A stretch of DNA of 64,000 nt. It comes from Alphaproteobacteria bacterium. Lineage in GTDB: Bacteria; Pseudomonadota; Alphaproteobacteria; MPNO01; UBA830. Both the position numbers and the translations under genes were made by a program. The notes under the pieces are model-generated. The model was not told where the DNA came from. It did not search any database and saw only the letters and a list, made by a program, of their open reading frames with translations. Position 1 is the stretch's first letter. The number at the start of each line of letters is the position of its first letter. Below, piece after piece: positions 10,174-20,065 of this stretch. The stretch covers positions 480,001 through 544,000 of the forward strand of contig OZ219790.1 in assembly GCA_964291215.2 (NCBI GenBank). The letters run 5' to 3'.

Positions 10174-11397
10174 CTATGCTGAATCCCTGATCGCTGTCGA
10201 GTAGGCAGCGAGGTCCGATGAGCTCATCCGAAGCTGTCGCGCTATCTGTTGCCACCCGTCCAGTGTGGTTGCGACTTCCTCGATGATGGCATCGGCCCGG
10301 ACCAGGTCCAGCGCGAAATACGGTGTAGCGGCGCGGGCCAGGTCGAGATCGGCGTCCGGCCCTTCTTCCGATATCCAGGTCGTCAGTTCGCGCGTTTTTT
10401 CGGTCAGCGGCACCGGGTTCAGGTCATAGGCCGGCGAAAGGCGCCATTTGTCGTCGTAATCGTACAGGAAGCCATGGTTGCGGAGGTGATCGTCGAGATT
10501 GCCGACCATCACATTGAAGACGATCCGCCTCCACAGTTCATGCAGGTCTTCGATGGGCGCACTCGAATACACTCTGATGACTTCTGCGATATCCGTGTAG
10601 GACGCTTCGTCGCCGTCGCTGAGCCCGAGTAGGGTCATGGCAGAAATGAACGGGATTCTCCGGCCCTGATCACGGTCGAATCGCGTTATCAGGGACACCG
10701 GTCGACCAGCCACGTCCAGCAGTGTTGCCTGAGCAACATCAACGCCTGCGGCGGCGGCGAGTGTCATCGCGAGGACCTCGCCATGCGGGATGCTGCGATC
10801 ATCATCGTTCTTCGGAAACTTGGCGATCGCCAAGCGACCATCATTGTCGATGACGGCGGACTTGGGGCGGGCGCCGCCGAGCGGCGAGCCCTCGTTCAGC
10901 AGGAGCTTCAGGTCTTCGGCAGTTTCGGAGTTGGACAGTACCGCATTGGCGGCGTCAAGGAGCGCCGGTAGCCGGATCAGGGGAGGCACACGGTAGCGGC
11001 CGAAGTTGTGGTCGAAGGTCTTTTCGCCTTCCCGGCGATACCGGAGCGCGCCGATTCTAGTCTGATCGTTGATGGCGAGGAGATAGTCGGTCTCGGACAG
11101 GGTGCGCTGCTCGCCGGCTTTGCGAAAGGCGCGCCGAATCAGCTGTTGGCCCCAGCGGTCCGGGGCGGTGTCGCGCAATGCGCCGGGCAATGCGGACTTG
11201 TTGGAGGAAGTGTATATCTGGCGGCGTTCCAACGGCAGGTTCGCCGGATCCAGGGCAAAAGCACCGGCGCGGTCGTGCCACGTGTCGGCATACTCAAAGA
11301 CCGAGCTTTGGCCGTGTCGCTTGGCGATGTAGTAGCACCGCCCGACGAGAGAAGTCTGACCATTGTGGTCGACAAGAACCTCGATCGGGTCGGTCAT
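10174..11397 (-). CDS. HipA-family Ser/Thr kinase toxin
   Basis: GSPLGGARPK, AKFP, RFDR, GNLDDHLRNHG and LSPAYDLNP motifs; intact. Confidence 0.93.
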   Translation of the reverse strand: MTDPIEVLVDHNGQTSLVGRCYYIAKRHGQSSVFEYADTWHDRAGAFALDPANLPLERRQIYTSSNKSALPGALRDTAPDRWGQQLIRRAFRKAGEQRTLSETDYLLAINDQTRIGALRYRREGEKTFDHNFGRYRVPPLIRLPALLDAANAVLSNSETAEDLKLLLNEGSPLGGARPKSAVIDNDGRLAIAKFPKNDDDRSIPHGEVLAMTLAAAAGVDVAQATLLDVAGRPVSLITRFDRDQGRRIPFISAMTLLGLSDGDEASYTDIAEVIRVYSSAPIEDLHELWRRIVFNVMVGNLDDHLRNHGFLYDYDDKWRLSPAYDLNPVPLTEKTRELTTWISEEGPDADLDLARAATPYFALDLVRADAIIEEVATTLDGWQQIARQLRMSSSDLAAYSTAIRDSA

Positions 11398-11732
11398 GAC
11401 TGTGATCGGGAGCGGCGCCGCGGTTGCACCTTCCTGGGCAGTCGATCCTCGTCGATGTCCAGTCCGAGGGAATCGTCGCGTCGGTCGGCCGCCTGGGCGA
11501 GACGGTCGGCGAGCCCCAGGATGGCCAATACGGTCACATAGATGCCGATCGAGACCGACGGGTCGCCGCGTTCGACCTTGTAGAGAGTGCCGCGGCTGAT
11601 GAATGCGCGCTCAGCCATCGAGACCGTCGAGATGCGACGCTTCTTGCGGGCGACCGCGATGTCCGCGCCCAGCTTGGCGAGGGCCTGTTTCGCTGCTCTG
11701 GGAAGCGCATGTGTCGCTAGTGTTTTCATCAT
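11394..11732 (-). CDS. XRE/HTH antitoxin (HipB-like)
   Basis: ARKKRRISTVSMAERAFISRGTLYKVERGDPSV HTH; ATGA overlap with the HipA gene. Confidence 0.88.
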   Translation of the reverse strand: MMKTLATHALPRAAKQALAKLGADIAVARKKRRISTVSMAERAFISRGTLYKVERGDPSVSIGIYVTVLAILGLADRLAQAADRRDDSLGLDIDEDRLPRKVQPRRRSRSQS

Positions 11733-11749
11733 CTGTGTGATCTGGAGAT

Positions 11750-11800
11750 CAATAGGATACTCTATTGTTCATTATATAAGACATATGGGAGAGCAGTCAA
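11750..11800 (-). promoter_or_regulatory. Sigma70 promoter and operator of the hipBA-like operon
   Basis: Minus strand TTGACT (11800-11795), 18-bp spacer, TATAAT (11776-11771); inverted repeat CAATAG-N6-CTATTG at 11750-11767. Confidence 0.7.
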
Positions 11801-12040
11801 CAGACTTCAGCCAGGTGTTTCCCACGCTGCATTCAATTTTGCTGTCTTCTGCTGTCCGGAGGTTTCACAGCGTGCCGGGTTTTCTGGCTTCGGGGCCGTC
11901 CGCGGTCGTCGCCGGCGGCGTTGCCGGTGCGTGGGCGGCGTCCGGGAATCGGCCGGACACCATTGGCGCTCAGGACCGGGGTGAGAGTTTCGTATGGCAC
12001 AGTTGCAGGCTCAGTACCATTTGTTCATCTCACAGTGCCG

Positions 12041-12444
12041 GGGTGTGATTTGGGCTGATGTTGTCGTTGGCTGGTGCGTCGTCTGCACCGATCATGGCCG
12101 TCCACGCGCTCTCGAAGCAGGATGCGCCGGCGCATGCCGGAGCGTTTCATGCGCTGTGTGACGAGGGTCTTGTTTGCCGCCTCGACAATTCCCGAGCCGG
12201 TTGCTTCAGCGCGTGGTAGCGCATGCGGTGGCGATGCTTGCGGAAGAAGGACTGTTCCCTGTCGATGTCGGCCCGTTGGCGCCGCGAAGGTGGCCCCGGA
12301 TCACCCTGTCGATGCCGCGAAGGTCGTGACAAAATCCTGTCCTGAAACGGGCGATTGTCACGAAAACCCGTTTTCGCCGCTACCTCGCGGCCGCACAACC
12401 GTGTTAAATCAATGACTTGGATTCGCCATACGAGAACTGCACCC
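12041..12444 (-). mobile_element. Internally deleted ISKra4/ISLre2-like element
   Basis: GSGIVEAANKTLVTQRMKRSGMR motif on the minus strand; short ends GGGTGTGATT / AACTGCACCC; only about 400 bp remain. Confidence 0.65.
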
Positions 12445-12446
12445 CG

Positions 12447-12540
12447 GTAAGCGTTCGTTCGTGCGGTGAGGTGTTGTCGTTCCCGACCATTTGACGGTCA
12501 ACCGGAACTCACGAGCAACACCACCTGAATCCCCCGCGAC
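12447..12540 (-). mobile_element. Isolated IS66-A right end
   Basis: GTAAGCGTTCGTTCGTGCGGTGAGGTGTTGT is identical to the end at 40416. Confidence 0.8.
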
Positions 12541-12637
12541 CCGGGGAGAGGCAGTTCCCCGGCGTACAGCTGTCAAGGGGCATCACGTCCATGCCGATCC
12601 TTCGTTTTCGTCGCTGTCGAGCTCGTGCGGCTCGTCC

Positions 12638-13624
12638 TCAGAAATGCCGCCAGCCGGAACTCCCGACCTCGACGGGCCGGGCATCCGCATCGACCAAGAC
12701 GACGCTGGCACTGTCGCTGACGATCGTTCCGATTTCGGTGATTTCAACGCCCGATTCCGCGCCCGCGGCCAGCGCCTTCGCCCTGTCCCCGGCGACGACC
12801 GTAAAGATAAGTTCGTAATCGTCGCCCCCAGTCACCAGCGCGGTGGGGCCGAGCCGGCGTTCGCGGCACATCGCCGCCGCAGCCTCGGAGACCGGCACTC
12901 GATCGATCCGGATCCGTGCCCCCACGCCTGATGCCGCGCAAATATGGCCGAGATCGGCGATCAGCCCATCCGAGATGTCGGCCATCGCCGTGGCGATGCC
13001 TCTCAGGGACCGTCCGAGCGCAAGCCGCGGCTCGGGCAGACGGAAACGGTGGATCAGAAACTCGTGCTCTGCCGCCTCCTCCCTCGACGCCCGGAGGCCC
13101 AGGACGGCATCGCCGATAGTCCCAGAAACCATGACAAGATCACCCGGAACGGCGCCTCTGCGGGTGACCGCCTGTCCGGGGGGCAGCTCGCCGACAACCG
13201 TGACCGAAAGGACTGGCGGACCGTCCGTGCGTGTGATGTCGCCGCCAAGCAGCGTCACGGCAAACCTGTCCTGATCAATGCGCAGGCCGCGCGCAAACCC
13301 TTCGAACCAGGAATCACCGGTAGCGTCGGGCAGGGCCAGGTTGAGAAAATACGCGTTCGGCGTCGCCGCCATCGCCGCGAGGTCCGAAAGGTTTACCCTG
13401 AGAAGCCGGCGCGCCACCACTTCAGGGTCTTCGCCGACCGGGAAGTGAATTCCGGCGACCATGGTGTCGGTACTGACGACGGTATCGGCATCGGGCTGCG
13501 GCGGCAGCACCGCGGCATCGTCGCGAAATCCCAGCGCCCTCGGATCTCCGTTCCCGAGCGGGGCCAGCAATTCGGCGATTACCTCAAATTCGCCCCTGCC
13601 CGGCCATTCAGCCATCGCCGCCAT
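12638..13624 (-). CDS. thiL: Thiamine-monophosphate kinase
   Basis: EFEVI, DDAA, VNLSDLAAM, GGDI, DISDGL and GGDDYEL motifs; follows nusB. Confidence 0.95.
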   Translation of the reverse strand: MAAMAEWPGRGEFEVIAELLAPLGNGDPRALGFRDDAAVLPPQPDADTVVSTDTMVAGIHFPVGEDPEVVARRLLRVNLSDLAAMAATPNAYFLNLALPDATGDSWFEGFARGLRIDQDRFAVTLLGGDITRTDGPPVLSVTVVGELPPGQAVTRRGAVPGDLVMVSGTIGDAVLGLRASREEAAEHEFLIHRFRLPEPRLALGRSLRGIATAMADISDGLIADLGHICAASGVGARIRIDRVPVSEAAAAMCRERRLGPTALVTGGDDYELIFTVVAGDRAKALAAGAESGVEITEIGTIVSDSASVVLVDADARPVEVGSSGWRHF

Positions 13625-14120
13625 CCGGCGCCATCTTCACTGTTCCCAGCTCGTCGGGACGCAGGGCCCGGGCCACATCGTCCAGTACACCGTTCACCAT
13701 GCCCGCCTCGGGAGAATCGAAGAAAGCGTGCGCGATGTCGAGGTACTCGTTGATGACAACCTTCGCCGGCGTGTCGCGGCACGTCTCCAGTTCGCACACG
13801 GCCGTCCTCAGGATCGCACGCAGCACGTAAGCTAGTCTCTCGACCTTCCAGCGTTCGGAAAGCGAGTCCCGAATGATTCGATCGAACTCCTCCCGGCGCT
13901 TGACCGCAGCATCGACCAGGACTGCAAAGAATTCCCGGTCGGCTTCGACATCCTCTTCGGCGCCGAGACGTTCTCCCGGCGTGTAGGACTCGAATTCCGC
14001 CAACACCCTTTCGATATCGGCACCGGACAGATCGATCTGGTAGAGCCCCTGCACCGCTGCGAGGCGGGCTGCGCTCCGGGCGGCTCGGCGGTCCGCCCTC
14101 CGCTGGCCGCCACCGCTCAC
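13608..14120 (-). CDS. nusB: Transcription antitermination factor NusB
   Basis: RSAARLAAVQGLYQ, VVINEYLDIA and VNGVLD motifs. Confidence 0.96.
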   Translation of the reverse strand: MSGGGQRRADRRAARSAARLAAVQGLYQIDLSGADIERVLAEFESYTPGERLGAEEDVEADREFFAVLVDAAVKRREEFDRIIRDSLSERWKVERLAYVLRAILRTAVCELETCRDTPAKVVINEYLDIAHAFFDSPEAGMVNGVLDDVARALRPDELGTVKMAPDGGDG

Positions 14121-14128
14121 CGGCGCCG

Positions 14129-14578
14129 TCAGCGGAATTGCCGGCGCAGCGCGATCATCGCCAGGCAGGCACGCGCCGCTGCCCCGCCCCGGTCATGCTG
14201 GTCCCGTTGCGCCCGCGCCATCGCCTGCTCGCCATTCTCGGTCGTCAACACACCGTAGCCGAGCGCCACGCCGTGTTCGAGAACCAGATCGTTCAGCCCG
14301 CGGGCACTTTCTTGGCAGACATAATCGTAGTGGGTCGTTTCGCCGCGAATGACGCAGCCGAGTGCGATATAGCCATCGAACGGCTCTCCCGCATCCGACT
14401 TGCCGCCGTTGCCGATAGCCATCCGTATTGCCCCCGGGAGCTCGAAGGTCCCCGGCACCTGGAATCGTTCCCAGGTCGCGCCAGCCGATTCAAGCTCCGC
14501 GATGACGCTCTCCATCATCCGGTCGGCAATCTCGTCGTAGAACCGCGCCTCGACGATCATCACGTGCACGTCTGCCAT
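14129..14578 (-). CDS. ribH: 6,7-dimethyl-8-ribityllumazine synthase
   Basis: VPGTFELP, LGCVIRGETTHYDYVC. Confidence 0.97.
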   Translation of the reverse strand: MADVHVMIVEARFYDEIADRMMESVIAELESAGATWERFQVPGTFELPGAIRMAIGNGGKSDAGEPFDGYIALGCVIRGETTHYDYVCQESARGLNDLVLEHGVALGYGVLTTENGEQAMARAQRDQHDRGGAAARACLAMIALRRQFR

Positions 14579-14581
14579 CCC

Positions 14582-15814
14582 TCAGTCCTCCGAAGGCCCA
14601 AGGGGGCGCCGGCCGACGACCTTGAGCCCGAAGCCCTCTATGCCCTTGATCGCACGCTCGCGATTGCTGATCAGGATCAGCTCCCGGACGCCGAGATCGT
14701 TGAGGATCTGGGCTCCGACGCCGAAGTCGCGCAAGGCCGGTGGCGCCGTCTCGCGGCCCTCCTCGGTCTGCACCGAGATCTCGGCACTGGCCGACAGCGG
14801 ATCGGAGGGCACCCGGTGGCGGGTCCGTATCTGATTGGAGAGCTTCTCGGCCCACGGCTCGCGAATGATCACGATAACGCCGCGCCCTGCCTTACCGATG
14901 ATACGAAACGCGCTTTCGAGGTCGTCGTCGTGCTGGTTCGTAGTGTCATGGATCATGTCGTCAAGGATGTTCACCGCATGCATGCGGACCAAAAGCGGTT
15001 CGTCGCCAGAAACGTCCCCCTTCACCAGCGCGATGTGTTCGGCTCCGGACACGTTGTTACGATACAGGATGAGGCGGAAGTCGCCTTCGTGCCGACGATT
15101 GATGCGCGTCGTCAGCGATCTCTCGACGATCGAATCATGGCGCAGGCGGTAAGCGATCAGATCGGCGATCGTGGCCACCTTGAGCCCGTGGAACTGGGCA
15201 AATTTCACGAGATCCGGCAGGCGGGCCATGGTCCCGTCCTCGTTCATGATCTCGCAGATCACGCCCGACGGGTTGAGGCTGGCGAGCCGTGCGAGGTCGA
15301 CCGCCGCCTCAGTGTGTCCCGTGCGCACCAGCACGCCGCCATCCCGCGCCCGCAGCGGAAACACGTGGCCCGGCGTAACGATGTCGTCGCGCCCGTGCAG
15401 CGGGTCAATCGCCACCGCCACCGTGCGCGCCCGGTCGGACGCGGATATCCCGGTAGTTATTCCCTCGCGCGCTTCGATCGAGGTCGTGAACGCGGTCTCG
15501 AACTGTGACCTGTTGTCCGTCGACATCAGCGACAGGCCCAACTGGTCGACGCGCTCGGCCGTCATCGCAAGGCAGATCAGGCCGCGGCCGTGCTTGGCCA
15601 TGAAGTTGATGGCGTCCGGCGTCGCCATCTGTGCGGCGACAACAAGGTCGCCCTCGTTCTCGCGGTCCTCGTCGTCAACGATGACCACCATGCGACCGTT
15701 GCGGATATCGTCGATCACGTCGGGGATCGGGGCCAGAAAATCCTGAAAGTCGTCTGCCGACCCCGGTCCTTCGGGCGCCGCGTTGCCGACGACGGACAAT
15801 TGCCTTTCGATCAC
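14582..15814 (-). CDS. ribB: 3,4-dihydroxy-2-butanone-4-phosphate synthase with degenerate GTP cyclohydrolase II domain
   Basis: DDEDRENEGD, PGHVFPL, RTGHTEA and GVICEI motifs; the C-terminal domain has VRMHAVN and lacks the Zn-binding Cys residues. Confidence 0.93.
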   Translation of the reverse strand: MIERQLSVVGNAAPEGPGSADDFQDFLAPIPDVIDDIRNGRMVVIVDDEDRENEGDLVVAAQMATPDAINFMAKHGRGLICLAMTAERVDQLGLSLMSTDNRSQFETAFTTSIEAREGITTGISASDRARTVAVAIDPLHGRDDIVTPGHVFPLRARDGGVLVRTGHTEAAVDLARLASLNPSGVICEIMNEDGTMARLPDLVKFAQFHGLKVATIADLIAYRLRHDSIVERSLTTRINRRHEGDFRLILYRNNVSGAEHIALVKGDVSGDEPLLVRMHAVNILDDMIHDTTNQHDDDLESAFRIIGKAGRGVIVIIREPWAEKLSNQIRTRHRVPSDPLSASAEISVQTEEGRETAPPALRDFGVGAQILNDLGVRELILISNRERAIKGIEGFGLKVVGRRPLGPSED

Positions 15815-15817
15815 TGG

Positions 15818-16405
15818 TCAGTCCTTTCCGAGAAGCCGCGCCACATAGCGCGCGATAGTATCGATCTCGACATTGACGCTGTCGCCGACCCGGCGCAAAC
15901 CGAAGGTTGTCACCGCGCGTGTATGGCTGATGATGTTGACACCGAAGCGGGCGCCCTCGACCTCGTTGACGGTCAGCGACACCCCGTCAATCGCGATCGA
16001 GCCCTTGGGAGCGACATAGATTGCGAACGCATCCGGAATCTCGAAGCGGAAGCGGACGCTGTCGCCCTCCGGCTCCATGTCGACTACGGCGGCTACGGCG
16101 TCGACATGACCCGACACGATGTGTCCGCCCAACTCGTCGCCGACGCGCATCGCGCGCTCAAGATTGACTGCTGTGCCGACTTCCCAGCCGCCGAGTGTTG
16201 TCCGGGCAAGTGTCTCTGCGGACGCTTCGACTGCAAACCAGTCCACCCCCTTCTCGACCACCGTCAGACAGGGACCCGAACAGGCAATCGAAGCGCCGAT
16301 GTCGACGCTCTCCATGTCGTAGGATGTCGTGATCTCGATACGGGTGTCCCCACCCCTGACGATCGCACGAACGCGGCCAAAATCCGAGACAATGCCGGTA
16401 AACAC
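15818..16405 (-). CDS. ribE: Riboflavin synthase (alpha chain)
   Basis: MFTGIV start, GGHIVSGHVD, KGSIAIDGVSLTVN. Confidence 0.96.
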   Translation of the reverse strand: MFTGIVSDFGRVRAIVRGGDTRIEITTSYDMESVDIGASIACSGPCLTVVEKGVDWFAVEASAETLARTTLGGWEVGTAVNLERAMRVGDELGGHIVSGHVDAVAAVVDMEPEGDSVRFRFEIPDAFAIYVAPKGSIAIDGVSLTVNEVEGARFGVNIISHTRAVTTFGLRRVGDSVNVEIDTIARYVARLLGKD

Positions 16406-17521
16406 CTAATTCTCCCTTCGCACGCGCTCATAGGTCTCGACGAGATCCGGGCCGATTGCTTCGCTCGACAGTCTGACGAAGTGTCGCGTATCGTCAAGCC
16501 TTTCCAGACCGAAATCCGCAACCGCCGACATGCCGTCCGCCCCGATGACGACCGGCGCCCGGTACCATACGATGCGATCAACAAGATCGCGCGCGATCAG
16601 CGTGGCGACCGTGCGCCCGCCCCCTTCGACCATGAGCCGGTTAATCCCGCGATTCCCCAGCGCCTCCAGGGCGGCGCCGGGGTCGGGCCTGCCGTCGCCG
16701 GTTCCTGCTACCGCGACGATCTCGACGCCAGCTTCGGCCAACGCCGCCGGCTGCCGGGCCTCCTCGGCGATGATGAGCCAGGTCGGCACATCACGCGCCG
16801 TCGCCACCAGGCGATGGCTTGCCGGCAGCGGCGTCCGTCCCCCGAGCACGATGCGGATCGGCGAGCTCTTGCCGAGTCCGGGCAGCCGACAGGTTAGAGC
16901 CGGATCGTCCGCAACCGCGGTTCTGTTGCCGACGAGTATCGCGTCGCTCCGCGCCCTGACCCCGTGAACACGGTCCCGTGCCATGGGCCCGGTGATCCAT
17001 CTGCTTTCGCCGGTTGACGTGGCGATGCGGCCGTCGAGGCTGGTCGCCAGCTTGACGGTGACCAGCGGCCGGCCGTGTTCGACCCGCATGAGAAAATCTG
17101 CCGTCACCTCTCGAGCGGCCTCGGCACACACGCCGAGCGAGATCTCGACTCCAGCATCTTCGAGCCTCCGCAACCCGGCGCCATCGACGCGAGGGTCGGG
17201 ATCGCGCACGCCGACGACGACCCGCGCGATGCCGGCCTCGATCAGGACATCTGCGCAGGGCGGGGTCTGGCCGTGGTGAGCGCACGGCTCCAGCGTCACA
17301 TAGGCGGTGGCCCCTCTGGCACCGTCTCCGGCGCGTCCGAGCGCAACAGTCTCCGCATGCGGCCGTCCGCCCGGTTGCGTCCAGCCGCGCCCGATGACGC
17401 GCCCGTCCCGCGCAATGACGCAGCCTACTGCGGGGTTCGGAGAAACATTGCCGTGGCCGCGCCTCGCCAGCGCGACCGCAGCAGCCATGAAGCGTTCGTC
17501 AGACAAGCCGCTCGGGCACAT
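16406..17521 (-). CDS. ribD: Bifunctional pyrimidine deaminase/reductase of riboflavin synthesis
   Basis: [31 protein letters not shown] and VEGGG motifs. Confidence 0.96.
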   Translation of the reverse strand: MCPSGLSDERFMAAAVALARRGHGNVSPNPAVGCVIARDGRVIGRGWTQPGGRPHAETVALGRAGDGARGATAYVTLEPCAHHGQTPPCADVLIEAGIARVVVGVRDPDPRVDGAGLRRLEDAGVEISLGVCAEAAREVTADFLMRVEHGRPLVTVKLATSLDGRIATSTGESRWITGPMARDRVHGVRARSDAILVGNRTAVADDPALTCRLPGLGKSSPIRIVLGGRTPLPASHRLVATARDVPTWLIIAEEARQPAALAEAGVEIVAVAGTGDGRPDPGAALEALGNRGINRLMVEGGGRTVATLIARDLVDRIVWYRAPVVIGADGMSAVADFGLERLDDTRHFVRLSSEAIGPDLVETYERVRREN

Positions 17522-17963
17522 TCAGGCCTTCAACGAAATCTTCGAAGTCCCGCGCCTCGCGGAAGTCGCGATAGACCGAGGCGAAGCGGATATATGCCAC
17601 GGGGTCGAGCCGCTCGAGCGCTTCCATCACCAGTTCCCCGATCTGGCCCGACTTGATCTCCGACATTCCGGAACTTTCGATCTTTCGGATGATTCCGGTC
17701 ACCGCGCGCTCGACCCGGTCCGGCTCAACCGGACGCTTGCGCAGTGCGACCGTCATCGACCTCGTGATTTTCTCGCGTTCCAGCGGCTCGCGCTTGTCAT
17801 TTTCCTTGAGAACGACGATGTCCCGCAGCTGCACGCGCTCGAATGTCGTGAAGCGCATGCCGCAGTCGTTGCAAGAGCGGCGACGGCGGATCGACGCGTT
17901 GTCCTCGGCTGGCCGCGAATCCTTGACCTGCGTGTTATCACTACCGCAAAAAGGACACTTCAT
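17499..17963 (-). CDS. nrdR: Transcriptional repressor NrdR
   Basis: MKCPFC...DSR...[22 protein letters not shown]. Confidence 0.97.
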   Translation of the reverse strand: MKCPFCGSDNTQVKDSRPAEDNASIRRRRSCNDCGMRFTTFERVQLRDIVVLKENDKREPLEREKITRSMTVALRKRPVEPDRVERAVTGIIRKIESSGMSEIKSGQIGELVMEALERLDPVAYIRFASVYRDFREARDFEDFVEGLNVPERLV

Positions 17964-17979
17964 CCCTGCTCTCCCCGCC

Positions 17980-19281
17980 TCATTGTGGATAAATCGGAAA
18001 CCGCCTACACAGTCGGGTCACCTGCTCACGCGCCTTCTTCTCGGTCACCGCGTTGTCGCCGCCGGACGAGCCGAAACCGTCGAGAACCTCCGCAATCAGT
18101 TCCCCGATCTCGCGGAATTCCGCCGGCCCGAAACCGCGCGTCGTGGCCGCCGGCGACCCCAGGCGAATGCCGGACGTGACCGTCGGCGGCTGCGGATCGA
18201 ACGGCACGCCATTCTTGTTGCAGGTCATGCCGGCGGCCTCGAGAGTCGCCTCGGCGGCCTTGCCGGTCACGGCCTTGGCGCGCAGGTCGACGAGCAGGAG
18301 ATGGGTATCAGTGCCACCCGAGACGATATCGCAGCCGGCGTCCGAAAGGGTAGAGGCGAGAACCCGCGCGTTCTCGGCAACCGCTGCCGTATAGACGCGG
18401 AACTCGGGACGCAGCGCCTCGCCGAAGGCCGCGGCCTTCGCCGCGATGATATGCATCAACGGCCCCCCCTGGGTTCCGGGAAAGATCGCGGAATCGATCT
18501 TCCGGGCAAGGTCGCCGTCGTCGGCAAGGATCATTCCGCCGCGAGGCCCGCGCAGCGTCTTGTGGGTCGTGGTGGTGACGACATGCGCATGCGGGAACGG
18601 ACTCGGATGCACACCGCCGGCAACCAGCCCGGCAAAATGTGCCATGTCGACCATCAGCATGGCGCCGACGGAATCCGCGATTTCCCGGAAACGCGCGAAA
18701 TCGAGAATGCGGGGGTAGGCCGAACCGCCGGCGATGACCAGCTTCGGTCGATACTCTTCGGCCAAGCGCGCGACCTCGTCGAAGTCGACCCGCGCGTCGT
18801 CCTCGCGCACGCCGTACTGGATGGCCTTGAGCCATCGTCCGGAAAGATTGGGGCGCGCGCCGTGCGTGAGATGGCCGCCGGCAGCGAGGGAAAGTCCGAG
18901 TATGGTGTCGCCTGGCTTCAGCAGGGCGAAGAATACGGCCGCATTGGCCTGGGCGCCGGAATGGGGCTGGACATTGGCGTGGCTGCAGCCGAAAAGCCGG
19001 CAGGCGCGGTCAATCGCCATCTGCTCGGCGACATCGACATACTCGCATCCGCCGTAATAGCGGCGTCCGGGATAGCCCTCGGCATACTTGTTGGTGAGGA
19101 CCGAGCCGGCGGCTTCGAGCACCGCCCGCGAGACGATATTCTCGGAGGCGATGAGCTCGATCTGGTCCTGCTGGCGGGCAAGCTCGCGCCCCAGCGCGCG
19201 TTCGAGATCCGGATCCGTTTCCACAAGAGGTGAGGTAAAAAATCCCTCGTGCAACATGGCCGAAGGCGGCAGCGCGTCCAT
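17980..19281 (-). CDS. glyA: Serine hydroxymethyltransferase
   Basis: [21 protein letters not shown] and [13 protein letters not shown]; start chosen at the ATG preceded by GGAG. Confidence 0.97.
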   Translation of the reverse strand: MDALPPSAMLHEGFFTSPLVETDPDLERALGRELARQQDQIELIASENIVSRAVLEAAGSVLTNKYAEGYPGRRYYGGCEYVDVAEQMAIDRACRLFGCSHANVQPHSGAQANAAVFFALLKPGDTILGLSLAAGGHLTHGARPNLSGRWLKAIQYGVREDDARVDFDEVARLAEEYRPKLVIAGGSAYPRILDFARFREIADSVGAMLMVDMAHFAGLVAGGVHPSPFPHAHVVTTTTHKTLRGPRGGMILADDGDLARKIDSAIFPGTQGGPLMHIIAAKAAAFGEALRPEFRVYTAAVAENARVLASTLSDAGCDIVSGGTDTHLLLVDLRAKAVTGKAAEATLEAAGMTCNKNGVPFDPQPPTVTSGIRLGSPAATTRGFGPAEFREIGELIAEVLDGFGSSGGDNAVTEKKAREQVTRLCRRFPIYPQ

Positions 19282-19303
19282 AGAATACTCCGTATCGTCG
19301 ATG

Positions 19304-19753
19304 TCAGGCAGCCCGACACCGCTCAAGTTTGGCGATCCGGCGCTCATGCCGTCCGCCCTCGAATTCCGTCGAGAGGAACACCCCTACCATGGCACGGGCG
19401 ATTCCCTCTGGGGTCTTTCTCCCGCCCAGGCACATGATGTTGGCGTCATTGTGTCGACGGGCCAAGGCCGCTGTTTCCTCGTCGTAGCAGAGCGCAGCAC
19501 GAATGCCGGGGTGCCGGTTCGCAGCAATCGAAACGCCGATACCCGTTCCGCAAATCAGAATTCCGGCATCGCTCTCGCCGGCAGCAAGCGCGTCGACCAG
19601 CCTGAAGGCAAAGTCGGTGTAGTCCACCGGTTCAACCCCGTCGGTTCCGAGATCCAGCACGTCGAAACCGGCGCGATGGATCTCCTCCACGCAGGCCTGT
19701 TTGAGCGAATGACCGCCATGGTCGACGGCGATGGCAACCGTTTTCCTGCTCAT
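19304..19753 (-). CDS. rpiB: Ribose-5-phosphate isomerase B
   Basis: DHGG, ICGTGIG, HNDAN and FEGGRHERR motifs. Confidence 0.96.
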   Translation of the reverse strand: MSRKTVAIAVDHGGHSLKQACVEEIHRAGFDVLDLGTDGVEPVDYTDFAFRLVDALAAGESDAGILICGTGIGVSIAANRHPGIRAALCYDEETAALARRHNDANIMCLGGRKTPEGIARAMVGVFLSTEFEGGRHERRIAKLERCRAA

Positions 19754-20065
19754 GGGGCCTTCATCCCGGATCTCTCGACACAGCGCGATCCTGTCTCGCG
19801 GATCGGTTGCCGACACCAAATATCATATCACCATAGCATGGTACTACAAGGTATAGCAAGGTTCCCGGTTTTTACGGAGAGACACCCGCGAACCCGCCGC
19901 GCCAATGCCGGGACTTCGGTCCGACGCCGGACTGTTGCGGTCCGGGAACGGCGGCCTTTGCAAAACGGCATGCGGAGCCCTATATTCAATGCAACGATCT
20001 CACGCCGCCCGACACTCGGCGCCGCATCCGGGTTCGGGCTCCGGGAGGGGAAAAAGGAGCGAACG

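Noticed and set aside
14582-15150. Degenerate GTP cyclohydrolase II domain as a novelty
   Set aside because: RibB fusions with an inactive C-terminal domain are common in Proteobacteria.
19830-20060. Riboswitch upstream of the KamA-like gene
   Set aside because: GC-rich stems are possible, but no recognisable aptamer motif was seen; needs an Infernal search.
19088-20065. 797-aa version of the KamA-like ORF
   Set aside because: The extension overlaps glyA and rpiB on the opposite strand; an AAGGAG RBS supports the start at 20066.
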